A DNA stretch of 64,000 bases from a virus. Location: IMG/VR virus record IMGVR_UViG_3300028920_000047, positions 32,001-96,000 of that record; one strand, 5' to 3'. Below the pieces are notes generated by a model that worked only from the letters and a program-made list of their open reading frames with translations, was not told where the DNA came from and did not search any database. Shown piece by piece: positions 59,363-64,000 of this stretch (positions within the stretch are counted from its first letter, which is position 1; the number at the start of each line of letters is the position of its first letter). Made by a program: the position numbers and the translations under genes.

Positions 59363-59580
59363 AATATATAATCATAATAATTTTAATTTGTTTTATAACG
59401 AGCTGTGTACATCCTAACTATTATGTAAAACATAATCGTTACCCAAACCGGGCGACCAAACCCGAAAAAAAAGAATTGAAAAATGGACAAAATAAACTAT
59501 TAACTTTGGTTTTAGGTGGTGCAGCTTTTTATTATGTAGTTATGAGAAATAATAAAGAAAAATGGTGGGAGGAAAGATGA
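59359..59580 (+). CDS. putative lipoprotein with a C-terminal hydrophobic segment
   Basis: MKYIIIIILICFITSC lipobox-like leader. Confidence 0.55.
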   Translation: MKYIIIIILICFITSCVHPNYYVKHNRYPNRATKPEKKELKNGQNKLLTLVLGGAAFYYVVMRNNKEKWWEER

Positions 59581-59885
59581 AACTTATATTAACTCTATTA
59601 TTATGTTTACTATTTTTTTATACTTGTGCTCCAAAGTTTAGATTCAGTAATACTTATTTTCAGGTTGATACCAGTCAAGATAATGTAAAAATAAGAAGAG
59701 GTCCGGGATTACGTTATACTGAAATATATAAGATTGCCAGATATGACCTGGTATTAGTTAAAAAAGTTAAAATAATAAAAAACGAAGATTGGGCAATGGT
59801 AAAAATAATTGAAACACCGGATAACAAATTTAAGAAAATTACCGGATTTATTAAAAGAGACTTACTATTACCGGAAGTGAGATAA
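59577..59885 (+). CDS. exported SH3b-like domain protein
   Basis: signal/lipobox-like leader; NVKIRRGPG..Y, WAMV, GFIKR. Confidence 0.65.
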   Translation: MKLILTLLLCLLFFYTCAPKFRFSNTYFQVDTSQDNVKIRRGPGLRYTEIYKIARYDLVLVKKVKIIKNEDWAMVKIIETPDNKFKKITGFIKRDLLLPEVR

Positions 59886-59886
59886 A

Positions 59887-60495
59887 ATGTTATATAACCC
59901 AACAAAAATACTTCCTGAATATAATAATTGTAATATTGATAATTTTAGATGGTTAAGATTAACAAATCGCAACAAAGTTCAAAAAACAATAAAATCTTTT
60001 CTTGAAAAACAAAATCAATGGTTATTTTTTGTCGGTGAAACAGGCCGTGGTAAAACTCATATAGCTGTAGCTATATACAAGGAATTATGTGATAAATTTT
60101 TAAACGCCGGGAGAGGTGGTTTAGAAATTGAGTGGTGGGATAGATTAATAAATAGGTATAATGAGAATGATATAAAAGATATTATACTTGAATTATCCTT
60201 GAGTAAAGTTCTTATTATTGATGATATAACTAAATTAGACCTGGATAAAAAAATTGGATATAATTATAAAGTTATCGATATGTTAAAATTACTTATTAAC
60301 AATTGTTTTGATAACAATACTATTTTAGTTACTACCAGTAATATAAAAGTAACAAAAAATATGTCAGCAGATAACTTATTATTAATGTTAGGTGGTGACG
60401 AATATCTATTATCAAGAATATCGTCAAAAACTATATTTGTACCATTTATAGGAGAGGATTATCGTGAAACAGAAGAATATTTTTCAAGAATATAA
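59887..60495 (+). CDS. DnaC/IstB-like AAA+ helicase loader
   Basis: GETGRGKTH.A.AI, LIIDD, VTTSN, SRI, GEDYR. Confidence 0.85.
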   Translation: MLYNPTKILPEYNNCNIDNFRWLRLTNRNKVQKTIKSFLEKQNQWLFFVGETGRGKTHIAVAIYKELCDKFLNAGRGGLEIEWWDRLINRYNENDIKDIILELSLSKVLIIDDITKLDLDKKIGYNYKVIDMLKLLINNCFDNNTILVTTSNIKVTKNMSADNLLLMLGGDEYLLSRISSKTIFVPFIGEDYRETEEYFSRI

Positions 60496-60560
60496 TGAGC
60501 AAAAAAGTGAGCACAAAATGTATAAGGAAATGTTTAAAAAATTTATAGAGGAGAAAATCG

Positions 60561-60740
60561 ATGGACCAATTACAAATATTACCAAGAGTAGCAAACGAGG
60601 TAATGATAAAAACAAATAAGGTTGAACTTGTCGTTAGAGCTGTTAATGATAATTTGGAATTAAAAACATCCGGTCAAGTAATTTATCCTTGTAACGATTC
60701 ACTACTTGATAAAAAAAGAGTAAAAATTATTAGAGATTAA
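60561..60740 (+). CDS. hypothetical protein (59 aa)
   Basis: GAGGAG RBS; below the ORF-track cutoff. Confidence 0.5.
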   Translation: MDQLQILPRVANEVMIKTNKVELVVRAVNDNLELKTSGQVIYPCNDSLLDKKRVKIIRD

Positions 60741-60755
60741 AAAAGGAAAAAATAT

Positions 60756-62084
60756 ATGGCTATATCAGAATCAGATATTATTTTAAATTGTTTAATATTA
60801 TATAGAAGATTCAGAAATACTCTCGGTCCTCATATAACACCAGACTTATTTGAACAACCGATACATAAGGAATGTTTTAGAATCATAAACAAATATAGTA
60901 TAAAAAAAGATATCACATTAAAAATAGAGGATATAGATATAATAGTAAATGATTTAGAAAAAAATATTAAAAACAAAGAACAAATTTACCGCCGTCTAAA
61001 ATTCTTTTTAGAAAATGATGATATCCCCACTGAAGAAATAATAATGGAAAAAATTAAAAAAAGATTAAAAAATCTAAAAGCAGAGAATTTAATTTTGGAT
61101 TTAGATGATGAATTAGAAAAGGATAAAAAAATAGATTATAATTATTATGCTGATAAATTAAATAATATAAACGATTTAGGTGAATTTCAATATATAGAAG
61201 TGTTTGGTTCAAATGTAAAACAAAATATGCAAGAAATTCGCCGTGATGAAAAAATTGAAAAAATACCTTTAGGCATCAAAGGTGTAGAACATTTTTTTAA
61301 AGGTGGAATCGCAGCAGGTGAATTACTTTTTGATATAGCACCTTCAGGTTATGGAAAAACTGCTCTATTAGCATCAAACACTTGGGCCAGTTTAACAAAA
61401 GTTGATACATTAGTTATATCACTTGAATTAAAAGTATTTAAATTATTAGCCAGGATATACCGGCGTATATTAGGTTTTGATAATAACCAATTATTAGATG
61501 ATAATGATAGCACTACTTTATTAACTAAATTTTTTAATAGAGCCGGTAATGAATTAGTATTAACATATTTTAAACCAGATACATTAACTCCTCCAATGAT
61601 AAGTAATTATATAGATTATTTATACAATTATAAAGGTATAAAAATAAAAAGTTTAAAACTTGATTATTTTGATAAACTACAGCTACCGATTATAAAATAT
61701 AGAACAATGCCTCATACACAATTACTCAGGGTTTTAGCTGATAATTTACGCAATGTTCTAATTGAAAAACAAATAGCGGGCGAAACCGCTTCTCAAACTA
61801 ATAAAAAGGCTACAGAGGTAGAACATATAACTGAAAAATATTTCGGTGAAGCTTATGCTAAATATCAAGTAGCTGATTTAAGCATGTCGCTAAATAGAAC
61901 TGAATTGGAACAAGCTACTAATTGGGGCAGGTTGAGAATAATAAAAAACAGGGAAGGAGCTGGTAAAGGTCAGGAAATACCAGTTATAGTTGATTTAGAT
62001 AAAATGATTATTACTGATAAACCATTATTATTTGGTCCAGATTTTATTAGTCCGGAAAAACCGGAAGAAGACGAGGAGGAATAA
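60756..62084 (+). CDS. dnaB: replicative DNA helicase (DnaB/gp41-like)
   Basis: GGIAAGEL, APSGYGKT, SLE, LDYFD, TASQ.N, AD, IIKNR.G. Confidence 0.88.
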   Translation: MAISESDIILNCLILYRRFRNTLGPHITPDLFEQPIHKECFRIINKYSIKKDITLKIEDIDIIVNDLEKNIKNKEQIYRRLKFFLENDDIPTEEIIMEKIKKRLKNLKAENLILDLDDELEKDKKIDYNYYADKLNNINDLGEFQYIEVFGSNVKQNMQEIRRDEKIEKIPLGIKGVEHFFKGGIAAGELLFDIAPSGYGKTALLASNTWASLTKVDTLVISLELKVFKLLARIYRRILGFDNNQLLDDNDSTTLLTKFFNRAGNELVLTYFKPDTLTPPMISNYIDYLYNYKGIKIKSLKLDYFDKLQLPIIKYRTMPHTQLLRVLADNLRNVLIEKQIAGETASQTNKKATEVEHITEKYFGEAYAKYQVADLSMSLNRTELEQATNWGRLRIIKNREGAGKGQEIPVIVDLDKMIITDKPLLFGPDFISPEKPEEDEEE

Positions 62085-62086
62085 AA

Positions 62087-62932
62087 ATGTCACAAGGAAA
62101 AAGTAAGGGTAAAACAAAGAAAGAATTACAGAAGGTAATAGACCAATTAAAAATCGATATTAAAAACCGGATTACAAAATTAAAAGTGGATAAAGAAAAT
62201 GAAATCATTATCTTAAAGTTCAAACCGGAGGATTTTAACCAGTCCTTAATTTTTACCTTAAAACCTATTATTATGGGATTACAAAAAGAAGGTTATCGAG
62301 CTCATATAATTCCAGAAAGAATAAAATTGGGATTCGCTTCCGAAAACCAAATTTTAACAACTTTAAACAGACATTTAAAAATGATTAAAACCGGAAAACG
62401 CCCTGAAGAAATAAAATTCAACTTTGACAAAGACGATATAACTTTTAACCCAGAAAATTTTCAGTTTCAAGAAAATACTAATACTGAGCATTATGTTAGA
62501 TATAAGAACGCAATGAATTATTATATTTATCACTATCCAAAAGAAAATGTTTATGTTGTTCAAAAAAACCGCACTCCAGGTACAGATGTTATTTATAACG
62601 GAAAAATCCCTACCAATGAATTTGCTGTTGAATTATTTTCTTATTTAGGTATTGTTAAAAAGTTCTATAATCCGGAAGCTGAACAGCAAATTAGAAATAT
62701 AGTCAACTTTTATCAGGTTCAATCTGAAACATTAGAAGACGATATTCAAACAATATTGGGTCAAATTGAAGATTTTAAAAATAAGGGTACTATAATGACA
62801 AAAGATGGAATTGCTAATTTAACTCAATTATATTTTAAAGTAGGTAAATATAATGGAAAAGGAACAGATAAGAAAAAGCATGTTGAAAATGGTAGTAAAG
62901 AAGTTAAAGAAAATAAAGTTCAACAAAAGTGA
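62087..62932 (+). CDS. hypothetical protein
   Basis: 281 aa, GAGGAGG RBS; N-terminal part resembles the next gene. Confidence 0.65.
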   Translation: MSQGKSKGKTKKELQKVIDQLKIDIKNRITKLKVDKENEIIILKFKPEDFNQSLIFTLKPIIMGLQKEGYRAHIIPERIKLGFASENQILTTLNRHLKMIKTGKRPEEIKFNFDKDDITFNPENFQFQENTNTEHYVRYKNAMNYYIYHYPKENVYVVQKNRTPGTDVIYNGKIPTNEFAVELFSYLGIVKKFYNPEAEQQIRNIVNFYQVQSETLEDDIQTILGQIEDFKNKGTIMTKDGIANLTQLYFKVGKYNGKGTDKKKHVENGSKEVKENKVQQK

Positions 62933-63167
62933 AGATTTTCTAATACTATTTATACCGGAACATTTATATAGTGGAAAAATGTGGTTTTTTCTCGAACCAG
63001 TAATTAAAAATCTGCAGCAAGAAAAAATTAACTTTGTAATATTACCAAACTACGTAACAGTACAAAAAGATGCAAAGGATAAATTATTAGAAAGTTTATA
63101 CGCAATTATAAAAGAAATAAAAGATGCCCCAAACGAAACTAAGGTAAATATCAACAAAACCGGGTAA
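62880..63167 (+). CDS. hypothetical protein, partial paralog of the preceding gene
   Basis: KIKFNKSEDFLILF..LEPVIKNLQQE versus KLKVDKENEIIILKF..LKPIIMGLQKE; start uncertain. Confidence 0.5.
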   Translation: MLKMVVKKLKKIKFNKSEDFLILFIPEHLYSGKMWFFLEPVIKNLQQEKINFVILPNYVTVQKDAKDKLLESLYAIIKEIKDAPNETKVNINKTG

Positions 63168-63261
63168 AATCCTTTGAAATATGCGATTTACAAAGAGATT
63201 TGAAGTATATATGTGGTTTGGTGTAAATAGCAGTATAAAATCGCTTAAATCGAAGATTTTA
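63158..63261 (+). repeat. ~100-nt intergenic element, copy B
   Basis: homologous to the reverse complement of 6908-7008. Confidence 0.75.
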
Positions 63262-63271
63262 AGGTGATTAT

Positions 63272-63436
63272 ATGAGTAAAGAACCAGTAATTATAGATAT
63301 AAATGATTTTGAACCTAATGTTTGGAATTTATGTTTAATTGATAAATCTCCGATTTTAATTTGGCACAATTGTAATATGGTAAAAGTGAAAAAAATATCA
63401 TGGTTTAAATTTTTGGTTGAGATATTATTTAAATAA
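63272..63436 (+). CDS. hypothetical protein (54 aa)
   Basis: AAGGTG RBS directly after element copy B. Confidence 0.45.
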   Translation: MSKEPVIIDINDFEPNVWNLCLIDKSPILIWHNCNMVKVKKISWFKFLVEILFK

Positions 63437-63450
63437 GGAGGTGTAATATA

Positions 63451-63630
63451 ATGGATAAAAAAAAAGAAAATGTAAATTCATTAGTAAATGAGATTAATAA
63501 AACATTTTCAACTTTTTACACTGAAGCTAAAAGCTCAACAAAAGCTGGTCAGCGGAGAGCAAGAAAATTTTCTATGATTTTAAGAAAGCAATTAAAACAA
63601 TTTCGAGCCGATTCGGCAACAGCTTATTAA
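63451..63630 (+). CDS. histone H1-like Hc1-family small basic protein (59 aa)
   Basis: ..TKAGQRRARKFSMILRKQLKQFRADS; AAGGAGGT RBS; followed by a hairpin. Confidence 0.65.
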   Translation: MDKKKENVNSLVNEINKTFSTFYTEAKSSTKAGQRRARKFSMILRKQLKQFRADSATAY

Positions 63631-63639
63631 AAATTGTAT

Positions 63640-63680
63640 AATAATATCCCCGTTTAATTAAGCGGGGATATTATTTATTA
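63640..63680 (+). terminator. intrinsic terminator-like hairpin
   Basis: AATAATATCCCCG..CGGGGATATTATT, 13-bp stem. Confidence 0.75.
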
Positions 63681-63686
63681 AAAACA

Positions 63687-63896
63687 ATGAAAAATAATAA
63701 AAAAGAAAAAAATTTATATAGATGTTGTGAGTGTAAAAATTTTTTTAAATTTGATGAAGTTTATATATATGAAGGAATTTTAGTATTTGATAAAGGAAAA
63801 AGTAAAAAACTTCCGGACAGAAATTGCGTTTGCAAAAATTGTTTGCCTACTTTTCTCACTAAATTACCAGATAGACATAAAAAGAAGCGATTCTAA
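63687..63896 (+). CDS. small zinc-finger protein
   Basis: CCEC..CVCKNC. Confidence 0.55.
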   Translation: MKNNKKEKNLYRCCECKNFFKFDEVYIYEGILVFDKGKSKKLPDRNCVCKNCLPTFLTKLPDRHKKKRF

Positions 63897-64000
63897 TGTG
63901 GATAGATGAAATAAAAGCTATATATGAAACAAAACAGAACAAGGATGAGTTGTTTATTAGGATTTGTCCTAACTGCGGTAATACCCGTTGGAATTTTCAA
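63896..64000 (+). CDS. partial ORF, possibly the N-terminal zinc finger of a DNA primase
   Basis: MWIDEIKAIYETKQNKDELFIRICPNCGNTRWNFQ; TAATG coupling; near the helicase. Confidence 0.4.
   Translation, partial: MWIDEIKAIYETKQNKDELFIRICPNCGNTRWNFQ

Noticed and set aside
60756-62084. Additional inteins in the helicase (also checked: RecA, PolA, clamp loader)
   Set aside because: Lengths are normal and no C..HN(C/S/T) insertions were seen.
25440-62563. Short minus-strand ORFs in the right block (e.g. 30373-30621, 31501-31821, 49689-49916, 58823-59098)
   Set aside because: Antisense shadows of conserved plus-strand genes.
1-64000. Stop-codon reassignment (alternative genetic code)
   Set aside because: Core genes are full length in code 11, coding density is high, and TAA, TAG and TGA all end genes.

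Overview
A 64-kb AT-rich segment of a large tailed dsDNA phage with T4-like core genes, in the standard genetic code. It has two divergent blocks separated by a ~420-bp non-coding gap (24430-24847). The left block (minus strand) holds packaging genes, lysis-like genes and exported-protein genes. The right block (plus strand) holds recombination and replication genes: UvsY-, gp32- and RecA-like proteins, a fused Mre11/Rad50, RuvC-like, clamp and clamp loader, 5' exonuclease, PolA, UNG, DnaC-like loader and DnaB. It also carries a dispersed 7-deazaguanine DNA-modification pathway (QueD, QueE, QueC, FolE, YhhQ, DpdA/TGT-like). Headline finding: the terminase large subunit is broken inside its Walker B motif by a naturally split intein. 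The halves (TerL-N+IntN at 23509-24429; IntC+TerL-C at 2886-4325) are ~19 kb and ~19 genes apart, with no recognisable homing endonuclease between them. The intervening cargo includes seven signal-peptide proteins (a 2170-aa Ig-like repeat protein and a tandemly duplicated three-gene module) rich in D-S/T-hydrophobic motifs, plus lysis-like genes. Other oddities: a ~180-nt tRNA-Leu-like RNA with a multi-hairpin insert, a ~100-nt structured intergenic element present twice 56 kb apart, a multidomain SSB, and an Hc1-like histone-like ORF. All calls come from reading motifs by eye; no searches were run.
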